Assembly (NCBI RefSeq): GCF_009914755.1
Contig: NC_060935.1
Source of the DNA: the human T2T-CHM13v2.0 reference genome, Homo sapiens
Reading direction: 5' to 3' (one strand)
DNA length: 64,000 nt
The position numbers and the translations under genes are program-made. Of the stretch, positions 1 to 13,442 are shown in pieces. The notes below the pieces were generated by a model. It ran no database searches. It had not been told where the DNA came from and worked only from the letters and a program-made list of their open reading frames with translations. Each line of letters begins with the position of its first letter. The stretch's first letter is position 1.

Positions 1-2640
1 ATCTTAGTTGTTGATTTTTCATATATGGCCTTCATTGTGTTGAGGTACATTCCTTCTATACCTAATTTATTGAGAGTTTTTATCATAAAAGGATGTTGAG
101 TTTTGTCAAACACTTTTTCTGCATCTGTTGAGATAATCCTATGGTTTCTGTCCATTCTGCTAATGTGATGTATCACATATATAGATTTGTGTATTTTAAA
201 CCATTCTTACATCCCTGGGATAAATTTCATTTAATCTTAGAGATTCAGGTTTGTTCGTATTTTGTTGAGGATTTTTGCATCTATGCTCAGGAATATTGGC
301 TTGTTCTTTTCTTATAGTGTCCTTTTTTGGCTTTGGTATCAGGGTATTATTAGCCTTGTAAAATGAGTTTAGAAGTATTTCTTCTCTTTAATTTTTGGGA
401 GAGTTTGAAAAAAATTTATATTAGTTCTTCTTTAAATGTTTGGTAGTATTCAGCAATGAAGAGCTGAAATCTTGGGCTTTTCTTTGATTGGAGATTTTTT
501 AATGCTGGTTCAATCTCCTTACTTATTTTTGGTTATTACATTAACTGTAATGTACATTTTGAGAATTTAAAATAAGAAAATTAGTCTGTTATATATATTC
601 AGATATTTAAAATTTCTATTGTTCTTCCTCATTCTTAAAATGCCAAGTTTCTCTCTAACAGCATTTCCCTTCTACTTGAATTTTCTTTAATAGCTCTTTC
701 AGAAGTTGTCAGTTGGTAATGATTCTCTTGATTTTCTTTCATCCTAGAATTTCTTGACTTTGACTTTATCTCTGAATAGAAATAGAATAACTGAATATAG
801 AATTATGGGTTGACAGTTCTTTGCTTTCAGCACTTAAAACATATTGTTCCATTATTTTTTGGTCTCGATTATTCATGAAAAATCTGCAGTCATTTGAATT
901 TAGTGCAATCAATTAAAGGTGTACCCTTATATGTAACATGTTGGTTTTATCTGGTTGCTTTTTAGAGTTTTTACTTATCTTTTATTTTAGCACTTTGATT
1001 GCAATATATCCAGGCATGCATTGCTCTGAAGGTGTCCCATTTGCAGTTTGTTGGGCTTCTTTTTCTGCCAGTTTGTCTTTCAACAAATTTTAAAAAGTGT
1101 TTAGTCATTATTTCCTAAAATATCTTTTCTGTACCAAAACCTTTCTTCTCATCTTCTGGAATTCTGATAACATAAGTGTTAGCTCTTTTTATATTGTCTC
1201 ACAGGTACCTAAGGCTTTATTCCTTAAATACAAAATCACTCTATTTTTTAACACTTGAAAGATTGGAAAATTTATAATTGCTCTATTGTCAAGTTCACTT
1301 ACTCTTTCATCTGTAGTTTCCATTCTGCTATTAAGTCAATCCACTGAATTTTATCTCAATTATTATATTTTTAACTCTAAAATTTTCACTTGATTCTATT
1401 TTATAGCTTCTATTTCTTGCTGCTGAGACTTCCTATCATTTAGATTGTTTCAATAGTATTTATTTTTACTTTGTCATGGTTATAAAAACTACTTTAAAAC
1501 TTTTAATCAGATAATTTCAACAGCTGTTTCAAATTATCTGATAAAATGTGGTTGGTTTCTGCTATTGTCTTTTACTTTAAGAATTGTTAAATTTTCTTGG
1601 TTTCTTTGTATGTTTTGTGATTTTTGTATTGGATACTAGATGTTTGTAAAAATATGTTGTGTAAATCTGAGTCTTTTGCAAGTCTTATGGAGATTGTGTT
1701 TTTGGTTTTTATTTTTTATCCATCAACCAATCTGGTTCGGTTCAAATCAAAAATTCAAACTCACCTTCCATGGACTACAGCTCTAATGTAAGTTTTGTTT
1801 TCAAAGGCTTTGGAGTGTTATTTGTATCTGTACAATATCTGCACCTTCCAAGAGCAATCTGAAATCTGAGCAGTGGCACAGTTCAGGTTTTTTGAGAGCC
1901 TACTCAGGCACATTTATGGACATATCCTTGCATGAGCAGGTTGAGATGAATCCAGGATTTTCTATTTTTCAAGCTCTGCACTCTCTGCTATCTCACTCAC
2001 ATTCTTTGGCACCCAGGCATTTAAAAAAAATGATACTTTAGTCTCTCTGTGCTTTGCTGATCACTTTCCCTAATTTGGTCAGCCTCCAGGGGCAAGTGGT
2101 AGGAGGACAGTGACAGGAAAAAAAGCAACATAAATTCCCTACACAGTCTTTGGACCAAGTTTCTCTGATCAGAAAGAATGATCCTCTTCCCTTACAGTTT
2201 TAAGGTCAGGTCCAACTACTATAGTACTATAGTGAATGCTGTGGAATAATTGCACTTTGGGAATGGAGACAGGGGTTGGAAAAAGAGAAGAAAACAAGAC
2301 CAGAGTTTATCCTACTTTCTCTGTTTGGTAGATCAGAATAAGGAGTCTTCTTTTAGAGCTATTTCTGTATACACGTGGTACACAACTCTGGGATTTGTGC
2401 TGCCTTTGAATCAACAATGGGGGATATGGAAGGAAAAACAATCTAGGGTACTCACTGCCAAATCTATTGGACTATTGGATTAAAAGTTCTGGGTTTTTTT
2501 TTTTGTCCAATGCATCTGCTGCCATTTACTTTTTAGAGCCTTTAGATAGCTGCTTTGTGCATTCTATCCAGTAATTTTTGTTGCATTTAGTAGGGGAGAT
2601 AGAATGGAGTATGCCTGCTCTATCTTAATCAGAACTGGAA
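1..2640 (-). mobile_element. Old mammalian LINE-1 (L1M) fragments, antisense (ORF2 piece 1-~530, then ORF1/5' region)
   Basis: T-rich, with typical antisense L1 ORF2 phrases (e.g. tccttctatacctaatttattgagagtttttatcat, ggctttggtatcaggg). Highly diverged; boundaries approximate. Confidence 0.7.
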
Positions 2641-2978
2641 CTTGTCTATAGAGTAGCTTTGGAGATAATGATGACATGTGTTAACCCACTACTAGTGGGA
2701 CTGTACATTTTTCTAAACTATATGTTATAGGACAACTGGTAAGCCAATTTCTAAAACAAAACAAAACAAAACAAAACAAGCCTGGTAAACAGATTGGGAA
2801 AAAAAGCAAACAAAATATTAAAAAGTAAATTTTCTGGAGTATTTATTGGAGACATCTTGGAAGAGACTGAACATTTATATATCCTCAGTAGGATTTGGTG
2901 AAACAAAACAAGCGGAAGAAAATTATTCTGGATAATACATCCAGAGTATAGGTTATGCCTGTACTCTGAAAACATCCC

Positions 2979-3332
2979 TGTATTAGTCTGTTTTCATGCT
3001 ACTGATAAAGACATACCCAAGACTGAGAAGAAAAAGAGGTTTAATTGGACCTACATTTCCACATGGCTGGGGAGGTCTCAGAATCATGGCAGGAAGCAAA
3101 AGACACTTCTTACATGGTGGTGGCAAGAGAAAAATGAGGAAGAAACAAAAGTGGAAACCCCTGATAAACCCATCAGATCTCGTGAGACTTATTCACTATC
3201 ACAGGAATACATGGGAATGATCTGGCCCCCATGATTCTATTACCTCCCATGGGTCCCTCCCACAAAATGTGGGAATTCTGGAAGATATAATTCAAGTTAA
3301 GATTTGGGTAGAGGCACAGCCAAACCATATCA
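2979..3332 (-). mobile_element. THE1A-like solo LTR (ERVL-MaLR)
   Basis: TGTATTAGTC...CCAAACCATATCA termini; perfect 5-bp TSD ATCCC at 2974-2978 and 3333-3337. Confidence 0.92.
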
Positions 3333-3833
3333 ATCCCTTTGATACCAAATGAAATAGTAGGTTTTCTAAGACTCAATATACCATTTCCTTTTAGCATGCC
3401 ACCCCACAGTTTTCTGGGAAAGGTCTAATTATCTTCCGAGTTGGAAGTATCCTAGCTGCTTGCAAAATAGGTAATATGAATAAACTATTAAAATATCAAC
3501 TTGCAAAGAGTATGGAGAACTGAAATTTTTTTCACTTAAGTAGCTCAATGCAATTAACTAGATCCTCAAACCAAGGCTTCAAGGTTCTTAAATTGGCAAT
3601 AGTGAGTCATGAGTGACCTCATTGTTGTAAATACTTATAAAAACTTCTAAATTATTCTCTGAAGTAATAAGCTGAAAACATAACAAGCCAAAAGGTTATG
3701 CCAGAGCACCCCAACTGGTTAATTATAATATCTGAATTATGTATTAAAAGAATATGGGTCCTAGAGATTTCCACACTCTTCCTTCTCTGCTTTGGAAGAC
3801 ATCCACACATGCTCATAGCCAAGTATGCCTTAC

Positions 3834-3997
3834 CTTGTATTAAGTCATCGGAAAAGATTTCCTCCTTGTGAAAGGTAAAGACAGCTGGACTAGATTGGCA
3901 GGTGGAAAATTTGTTGTTAGAATGATACTCCATGAAATATGTTTTCCTATTAGCTTCTTCCTAATCAACTCAAACCAAGCTTTTTCAGAGAGAAATG
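3834..3997 (-). other. Candidate non-coding exon (164 nt)
   Basis: Minus strand: branch point plus acceptor gactaatttcattaacttccAG| and donor AAG|GTAAGG, in non-repeat DNA. Stops in all three frames. No transcript evidence. Confidence 0.2.
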
Positions 3998-4637
3998 CTG
4001 GAAGTTAATGAAATTAGTCACAACTATTAGTATCTATGAGGCAATACTGACTGTTAACAAGGATGGTGTAGATATAGAGCCACAGCTACGATTGAGAAAT
4101 ATTGTGTTAGTATTATCTCAAGTCTCTAGCTATTTCTGCCGTGTGGTGTTCTCCATTTGGGAAATTCATGAGTTCTTCACTTTTTGAGCCAACATGTTTT
4201 AGCTAGATGACTCCGGAGAAGACATAAAAAAAATGCATTTTGTGGATGAATTGTTGAACAATATGAACCCTAACCTCATGTTCAACCCTGCTATTCTGTT
4301 ACTTAAATAGCTTTGTAAACTTAGCCACACGGGTTTGTTATATTTAAATACTTGCAGGGATGTTCTATAAATTAAGAATAAAGTTCATTTTATTCAGTCC
4401 AAAGGACAGAGCTGAATTAATAAAACTCTAGGAATTATATTTTTATAATTTTATATATGACTCAAGAGTACACTATAAATGAAATAGCTTCTCTTAAATG
4501 GTGTTAGTGCCCAATCGTTCCCCTCAATATAACAATATGCCAGTCCACCATAGTGTTTGGAGTATTGATGTTTAGGCCTTCATTGTTTTCATTATTTTAG
4601 TTGTATTTGTTTATCCTAGTCTCTGCCCTTTCCACTC

Positions 4638-5008
4638 TGTATTAGTCCGTTCTTACACAGCTATAAAGATACTACCTGAGATTGGGTAATTTATAAAGGA
4701 AAGAGGTTTCATTGACTCACACTTCTACAGGGTTGGGAAGGCCTCTGGAAACTTACAATTATGGCAAAAGGGGAAGGGGAAGCAAGCTTGGACCTTCTCA
4801 CATGGAGGCAGGAGAGTAAGAAGTGCGAGGAGCGAAGGGGGAAGAGTCCCTTGTAACACCACCAGATCTTGTGAGAACTCTCACTTTCATGAGAACAGCC
4901 CCCATGATCCCATCATCTCCCACCAGGTCCACCCCTCGATGATGTGGGGATTATGCAGATTACAATTAGAGATGAGATTTGGGTGGGAACACAGACCAAA
5001 CCATATCA
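4638..5008 (-). mobile_element. THE1D-type LTR
   Basis: Contains ggaaacttacaat, gcgaagggggaagag, gagaactc and gattacaatt, which are THE1D-type segments. Confidence 0.8.
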
Positions 5009-6748
5009 TTCTGCCCCTGGCTTCTCCCAAATCTCATGTCCTCACATTTCAAAGCACAATCATGCCTTTTCAAGACTCCACCAGTCTTAACTCATTCCAG
5101 CATTAACCCAAAAGTCCAAGTCCAAAATCTCGTCTGAGACAAGGCAAGTCCCTTCTGCCTATGAGCCAGTAAAGTAAAAAATCAAGTTAGTGATTTTCCA
5201 AGACACAATGGGGGTACAGGCATTGGACAAATATACCCATTCCAAATGGGATAAATTGGCAGTCTTACTGCCCACATCTTACTGTCTTCTGAGCCCTCCA
5301 AGTCTCTAGGAAGTTCCAAACTTTCCCACATTTTCCTATATTCTTCTGAGCCCTCAATACTGTTCCAACCTATGCCTGTTACCCAGTTCCAAAGTCGCTT
5401 CCACATTTTAGGGGAATATGTGGCCTATAGGCCCCATGCAAGTCCAAAATTCAGCAGGGCAGTCATTAAATCTTAAAGCTCCAAAATGATCTTCTTTGAC
5501 TCCATGTATCACATCCAGGTCATGCTGGTGCAAGAGGTGGGTTCCCATAGTCTTGGGCAGCTCTGTCCCTGTGGCTTTGCAGGAGACAGACTCCCTCCTG
5601 GTTGCTTTCACAGGCTGGTGTTGAGTGTCTGGGGCTTTTCCAGGCCCACAGTGCAAGCTGTTGGTGAATCTAACTTTTTTTCTAGAGGATGGTGGCCTTT
5701 TCTTCACAGCTCCACTCGGCAGTGCCCCAGTGGGGACTCTGTGTGGGGGCTCCAACCCCACATTTCCCTTCCACCCCGCCCTAGCAGAGGTTGTGCATGA
5801 GTGACCCACCCCTGCAGGGCCCCTCTTCCTGGACATCCAGGCATTTCCATATATCCTTTGAAATCTAGGCAGAGGTTCCCAAACCTCAATTCTTGACTTC
5901 TGTGAACCCGCAATCTCAACGCCACATGGAAGCTTCCAAGGCTTGGGGCTTGCACCCTCTGAAGCCACTGCCTGAGCTGCACCTTGGCGCCTTTTAGCTG
6001 TGGCTGGGCGGCTGGAACGCAGGACACCAAATCCATAGGTTGCACATAGCAGGGGGCCCTGGGCCAGGCCTAGAAATTATTTTTCCCTTCTAGGCCTCTG
6101 GACCTGTGATGGGAGGGGCTGCCATGAAAGTCTCTGACATGCCCTGAAGACATTTTCCCCATTGTCTTGGTGATTAACACTGGGTTCCTCGTTACTTATG
6201 CAAATTTCTGCAGCCTGCTTGAATTTCTCCTCAGAAAATGGGTTATTCTTTTCTATTGCATTGTCAGGTTGCAAATTTTTAAAACTTTCAGGCTCTGCTT
6301 TCTCTTGAACTCCTTGCTGCTTAGAAATTTTTTCCACCAGATACCCCAAATCATCTCTCTCAAGTTCAAAGTTGCACATATCTCTAGGGCTGGGGCAAAA
6401 AGCTGCCAGTGTCTTTGCTAAAGCATAGCAAAAGTCAGCTTTGCTCAAGTTTCCAACAAGTTCCTCATCTCCATCTGACACATTACCCTAGACTTTATTG
6501 CCCATAACACTATCAGCATTTTAGTCAAAGCCACTCAACAAGTCTCTAGGAAGTTCCAAACTTCCTCATATCTTCCTGTCTTCTGAGCCCTCCAAGTCTC
6601 TAGGAAGTTCCAAACTTTCCCACATTTTCCTATATTCTTCTGAGCCCTCCAAACTGTTCCATCCTCTGCCTGTTACCCAGTCCCAAAGCCACTTCCACAT
6701 TTTTGGGTATCTTTACAGCAACATCCCATTCTACTGGTACAAATTTAC

Positions 6749-7113
6749 TGTATTAGTCTGTTTTCACACTGCTAATAAAGACATACCTGAGACTGGATAA
6801 TTTATAAAGGAAAGAGGTTTAATGAACTCACAGTTCTAGATGGCTGGAGAGGCCTCACAATCATGGTGGAAAGCAAAAGAGAAGCAAAGGCATATCTTAC
6901 ATAGCAACAGGCAAGAGAAAGGGTGGGCAGGGAAACTCTCCTTTATAAAACCATCAGATCTTGTGAGACTTATTCACTATCACGAGAACAGCATGGGACA
7001 GACCCACCCCCATGATTTAGTTACCTCTCACCAGGTCCTCCCATGACATTTGGGAATTACGGCAGCTACAATTCAAGATGAGATTTGGGTGGGGACACAA
7101 CCAAACCATATCA
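6749..7113 (-). mobile_element. THE1C-type LTR
   Basis: Contains gctaataaagacatacc, ggcctcacaatcatgg, gagacttattcactat and gctacaattcaag, which are THE1C-type segments. Confidence 0.8.
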
Positions 7114-7351
7114 GAATACACACACAGATGAAATTAGTGAAAAAAAAAAAAAGGAAAGGGGTGATTATCACAAAAATCTTAATTTTCATTGCTATATAGC
7201 ATTTCGTTGTATAAACATAACACAATATATTTATTTTGCCTTGATGAACATTTTAATTGTTTCCATTTGGATATTATTACAAATAAAACTGCTGTGAATT
7301 TCTCTGTACAAGACTTCGTTTGCATAGCTAATAAGTTTTGTCTTTAGTAAA

Positions 7352-7720
7352 CATCTTTGTTCATTTGGGCTGCTATAACAAAATACCATAACCTAGGTGG
7401 CTTATAAACAACAGAAATTCATTTATCACAGTTCTGAAGCCTGCGAAGTCCAATTTCAATGTGCCAGCAGATTTGGTGTCTGGAGAGGGTCCATGGTGGC
7501 GTGGTTTGTAGATGCTTGTTTTCTTGCTATAACTTCACATGGTGGAATGGGTGAGGGGGTTCTCTAAGGTTTCTTTTATAAGGGAGTGCCCTTATAAAAT
7601 CCCTTTCATGAGGACTCTGCCCTCATGACCTAATCACCCCCCAAAGGTTGCACCTCCAAATGCCATCAGGGATTGGGTTTAACATACGACTTTTGAGGGA
7701 ACACATCTTCAGTCTACAGT
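7352..7720 (-). mobile_element. MLT1A-like solo LTR (MaLR)
   Basis: gggctgctataacaaaataccat...ggtggcttataaacaacagaaatt...ccctcatgacctaatcacc. Confidence 0.8.
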
Positions 7721-8253
7721 GGCAAATAATGCCAAATTGGTGTTAAAAGTAATCATGCCAATTTGTATTCCTACTGAGGAAGATGAAAATTCTAGTTGCT
7801 CTCTATCTTTCCCAATGTGAGATATTGATAATATGCTTTGTTTTGTTTTATTATAATGATTTTACTGTATATGGGGGATGTTGTAGTAATACCTCATTGT
7901 TTTAATTTATATTGTTTTAATTTTTAATGAGATGGCAGACCTTTACATGTTTTTGTTGGACATTTTGCTAATCAATTTTTTGAAGTATTTAAGTTCTTCA
8001 TCATTTTCCATTTGGATATTGTTTTTCTTTTTGATACATATGGGTTTTTATTTATAGAATATCAGTCAGTGTGATTATTGTCTTTTACTTTATGACGTGA
8101 CTTTTCCCTCATTTAATGGTGTTTTCTGAAGAACAGAACTTCTTAATTCTAATTAGCGTATAATGAACTTTTCATTTATGACTAGTGCTTTTGTGTATTG
8201 AGAAAATTTTCTAGATCCTAAGTTTCATATTGTACTATAGAAGTCACAGGTTT

Positions 8254-8614
<361 letters not shown>

Positions 8615-9120
8615 TTACAGTCAATTTTCATTTTTTTTTCATGTAGATAGCTGATTGAATAACACCACTTCCTAAAGAGTCAGTTCTTTTCTAATGGTCT
8701 GCAGTACTAGCATTATCATAAATCAGGTGTGGGTCTGAAGTCAGACGCTCTATTATGTTCAATTTATCTATTAATCTATATACCTTTGCCATCATTACAC
8801 TCTTTTAAAAGGACTGTAGTCTTAATATCTGATAAAGTAGGTCTTGCCATATTATTCTTCTTAAGATTACCTTAGCTATTGTTTTGCATTTCCAAGTGAA
8901 TTTCAGAATTGGCTTAAAAATTTCTACAAAATAACCTCTGGGGATTTTTATTAGAATTGTGTTTGATGCATAAATCAATTTGGTAGAATTGATGTCCTTA
9001 TAATGTTGGATCTACCAAATCTTGAACATAGTGCATGCCTATACTTATTTAAGTATTCTGTAATTTCTTTCAATAATATTTTATATTTTTATATAAAGGG
9101 ATATTGAGCATATTTTGTTA

Positions 9121-9454
9121 TAATCATGTGCTGCTTAAGGTTTAGGTCAATGATTGACCACATATACAACAGTGGTCTCTTAAGATTATAATACTGTATT
9201 TTTACTGTACATTTTCTATGTTTGATACACAAATATTTACCATTGTGTTACAGTTGCCTACAGTATTCAGTATAGTAACATGCTGTACAGGTTTGCAGCC
9301 TTGGAGGAGAAATAGCCACTACCATAAGGCCTAGGTGTGTAGCAGGCTATACCATCTCGGTCTGTATAAGTATACTCTGTGATGTTTGCACAATGACAAA
9401 ATTGCCTGATGCATTTCTCAGAACATAACCTCATCATCAAACAACACATGACTA
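9121..9454 (+). mobile_element. Tigger3a/MER7A-like MITE (TcMar-Tigger)
   Basis: Degenerate TIRs (tcatgtg.../...cacatgact); body cctacagtattcagtatagtaacatgctgtacagg. Confidence 0.8.
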
Positions 9455-11386
9455 CATATGTATTCTTGTGTTTTCCAGTGCTATGGCATTATATTATCCA
9501 AAATAGGCCTCTTAAAATTAATGGAACAATAATATTAAAATAAATAGACAGAAAAAAAATACAGCAAATAAATGTGAGCCAAAAAAAGGCTTGGAGACCA
9601 ATTTGAATATGTGAAAACAAGAATTTAAGGTAATTTTCATTAAAAACCAAGAATGACATTACATATTGGTAAAATTCACTATGGGAGAGTAAGGAATACT
9701 AAACATAAATACATATGGACCTTCCCATATAATCCCTAAATATATTAAAACATAGCTACCAGAAGCAAAATGGGAAAAAACTGAAACAAAAATTTTAGAT
9801 GGAGTTTCAACATACCCTGTTCAGAAACTGATGGAACACATGGGAAAAACATAAGTGGTGAATTAAGTACATAAACAAATATATACATTTCAAGCTACTA
9901 TATGTAGAATTCTATACCTAACAGATAGAAAGGACACTTTCTTTTCCCCCAAAGTGCATATGTAATATTTATAAAAATAGATCATGGATTAGACCTTACA
10001 AGCAGTATAAGGAATTACAAATGTCCAATGCATACAGAATATCTTCTCCAATGACAATGCAGTAACATTAAAATGTAGTAACACAAGGAGGATCGTAAAA
10101 AATCCATGAGTTTATACTTCAACTTCTGAGCGAATCGTAGTAACAAAGACTGAATTTACTGTCTCACCTGAAGTAACTAAAGAAATGAGCAAGGTATTAA
10201 AAAAAATGTTCTCAAAACACTGAACATCAGGTGACAAAGAATAGTGATCTCTTAGAGATGGAAAACAAATGAGGTGAGTGTTAGGATTGTCCCAGCTTCC
10301 TACCTGGACCAAGTTTCCAGGAGGTATCACCAAATGTGGTCCAGGAGTCTCCTTGGGTTGAGGAGATGAATACAGGATTCCAAAGATGCTAAGGAAGTTA
10401 GAGAAATAGTGATAAAAATGTTCCAAATTTGATATAAACTATAAACCCACAGATCCAAGAAGCTCATGAATCCCCAAGCACAAGAAACATAAAAGAAGCT
10501 ACAGCAAGGTGCATAAAAATCAATTTGCTTAAAATCGGTGATAAAGAGAATATCTTACAAGTAGCCAGAGGAGGAAAAGATACATTATGTATAGATTAAC
10601 AAACAAAAAGATAGCATATTTCTCATGGGAAACAATGTAAGCCAGAGAGTGGAACACCTTTAAAGTACTAAAAATAAAAACAAAAGAAAACAGAAACCAA
10701 AAACCCCTGTTAATTCAGAATTCTTTAGTGTATGGAATTATCTTTCCATAATTAAGGTAAGATAAAGACATTTTCAGATGTATAAAAGCTGAAAGAACTC
10801 ATCACCAGCAGACCTACATTATAAGAAATGATAAAGGAAGAAAAATGACCTTGAGTAGTAATATGGAACTATAAAAAAAAATTTAAAAATGGTAATTCTG
10901 TAGTTAAATATAAAGAAGCCTTCCTTATTTAAGTCGCTTTAAAAGATAATTGAATGTTTAAAGAAAGTAACCATGTATTGTGATCTTTCTCACATATGTA
11001 GAAAAAATATATGACAACAATAGCATAAAAGTAGGGGCTAGAAATGGGAACATATAGTTGTAAGTTTCTTATACTAGATATGAAGTATGTTGCTTGAAGG
11101 TAGAATCTGATAAGTTAAAAATGTATATCAGAAACCCTAAATATAAGAGAAAGAGCTGTAGCTAGTAAACAAACCAAAGGGGAATAATAAAAATATATTT
11201 AATTAATACAAAGCAATGCAGAAAAGGAGGATAAAAGAGAACTAAAAAAATTAGAAAAATAGAAAATAAACAGCAAGATGATAGGTTTAAACTCAACCAT
11301 CTATATCACATTAAATGTAAATAGTTGAAATGCCCCAGTGAAAAGGTAGAGATTGTCAGGTTGGATATGAAAGCAATATCTCACTA

Positions 11387-11810
11387 CAGTTGACCCCTGA
11401 ACATCACGGCTTTGAACTTCATGGATTCACTTATACACAGATTTTCCTTTGCCTCTGCCACCCCTGAAACAGCAAGATTAACCCCTCCTCCTCCTCAGCA
11501 TACTCAACATGAAGACAAGGATGAAGATCTCTATGCTGATACACTTTCACTTAATGAATAGTAAATATTTTTTCTTATGATTTTCTGAATAACATTTTCT
11601 TTTCTCTATCTTTCTTTATTGTAAAAATATAGTATACCATATATACAACACACAAAATATGTGTTAATCAACTTTTTATGTTATCAGTAAGGTTTTGATC
11701 AACAGTAGGCTGTTAGTAGTTAAGTTTTAGGGGAGTCAAAAGTTATACACAAATTTTTGACTGCGCAGAGATTGGCACCCTTAATACCCACGTTGTTCAA
11801 GGGTCAATTG
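11387..11810 (+). mobile_element. Tigger2a-like MITE
   Basis: TIRs CAGTTGACCCCTGAAC / GTTCAAGGGTCAATTG with TA on both sides. Confidence 0.88.
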
Positions 11811-12311
11811 TACATGCTGTCAAGAAATCCACTTTAAATGTAAAGACACAGTAAGTTAAAGGTGAAAGCATGGGAAAGGTAACCACATTAACACTAATCA
11901 AAAGAAAGCTGGAGTGGCTATTTCAATATCTAATAAAGTAGATTTTTATGACAAAATTATTACCTTAGATGAAGGAGATCATTGCATAATGATAAAGGGT
12001 AGATTTCTCAGAGAACATAATCCTAATTTTTTTTTTTTGCCAAGTAACTGTTATAAAATACATGAAGCAAAACTAATGAGAAATGGTAAAAAAAAAATAA
12101 CAGTTTTACTTGGATATTTCAACATCCCCTCTCAATAACTGATAGTACAAGCAAGCACCAAATAAGAAAGACTGTCTGTCTATAGAAAACTTAAAAAACG
12201 CTATCAACCAACTTGACTTAAGTGACAGTCACAGAACAATTTTCCCCCAAAAAGAATACCCAAATTTTTCCTTAGACATAGAGCATTAACCACTATAGAC
12301 CATACTCTAGC

Positions 12312-12517
12312 CTGATTGTCAACAAACTATGGCCCACATGTCGAATCTGCCTCTTTTTTTTTTTTTTTTTGTAAATGAAGTTTTATGAGAATACAACCAT
12401 GCCTATTGGTTATGTACTATCTATAGCCACCATGGCAGAGTTGAATATTTGTGACAGAGGTCATACAGTGAATTATGTGGTGTCTAACCCTTTACTGAGA
12501 AAATTTGTTGACCTCTG
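12312..12517 (+). mobile_element. MER58A-like hAT-Charlie MITE
   Basis: caaactatggccc...gtaaatgaagtttta...ccctttactgagaaaatttgttgacctctg. Confidence 0.7.
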
Positions 12518-13014
12518 CTTTAGGCCAGAGAACAAGTCTCAACATCAAAAGCACAATCCGTAAGAAAAAATTGATAAATGGGACTTCATCAAAATAGGCT
12601 TTTTACATGACACTATTAGGATAATGAGAAGACAAGCCACAGACTGGGAGAAAGTCCTGGCAAACAACGTGTTTGATAAAGGACTTATAGCCATGAGTTG
12701 TGAAAGGCACTCAAACTCAATAATAAAAACAGTCAACCATAAAATGGGTAAAAGATGGATGAATGACAAGAACATGAAAAAATGATGAACATCACAATTT
12801 ATTAGGGAAATGCAAAATAAAAGCATTAGCATATCATTGCAATCTCTTAGAATAACTAAAATTAAAGACTGACCATATCAAATATTGGCAAGGATGTGTA
12901 ATAACTGGAATAATCATAGGTTGCTGACAGAAATAAAACACAGTACAAAGACTTTGAAAAATAATTTGGCTGTTTCTTTAAAAAGGTAAACATATAACCA
13001 CCATTCAACCCATT

Positions 13015-13442
13015 TGATATGGTTTGGATCTGTGTCCCCACCCAAATCTCATGTCGAATTGTAATCCCCAGTGTTGGAGGTGAGGCCTGGTGGGAGGGTG
13101 ATTGGATCATGGGGGTGGTTTCACATGAATGGTCTAGCACCATCACCTTGGTGATGTTCTAACGATAGTGAGTGAGTTCTCACTAAATCTGGTTGTTTTA
13201 AAGCATGTGGCACCTCTCTTCTCTCTCTCTTCCTCCTGTTCTGGCCACCTAAGACATGCCTGTTTCTCCTTCACCCCCCTCTATCCTTGTAAGTTTTCTA
13301 AGGCCTCTCCAGAAACCAAGCAGATTTCAGCATCATGCTTCCTAGACAGCCTGCAGAATTGTGAGTCAAGTAAACCTCTTTTCTATATAAATCACGCAGT
13401 CTCAGGTATTTCTTCATAGCAATGCAAGAAAGAAATAATATA
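13015..13442 (+). mobile_element. MSTA-like solo LTR (MaLR)
   Basis: TGATATGGTTTGGATCTGTGTCCCCACCCAAATCTCATG start; near-TSD CCATT/CCAGT. Confidence 0.88.

Larger units (their letters stand above)
4638..7113 (-). mobile_element. THE1 MaLR element, LTR-internal-LTR, with discordant LTRs
   Basis: Two TGTATTAGTC...CCATATCA LTRs flank a ~1.74-kb THE1 internal region (5009-6748). ORFs 5408-5968 and 6077-6481 are typical THE1-int translations. Confidence 0.93.

Noticed and set aside
5182-6481. Protein-coding ORFs of 74-186 aa
   Set aside because: They lie within the THE1 internal region and are fragmentary MaLR translations.
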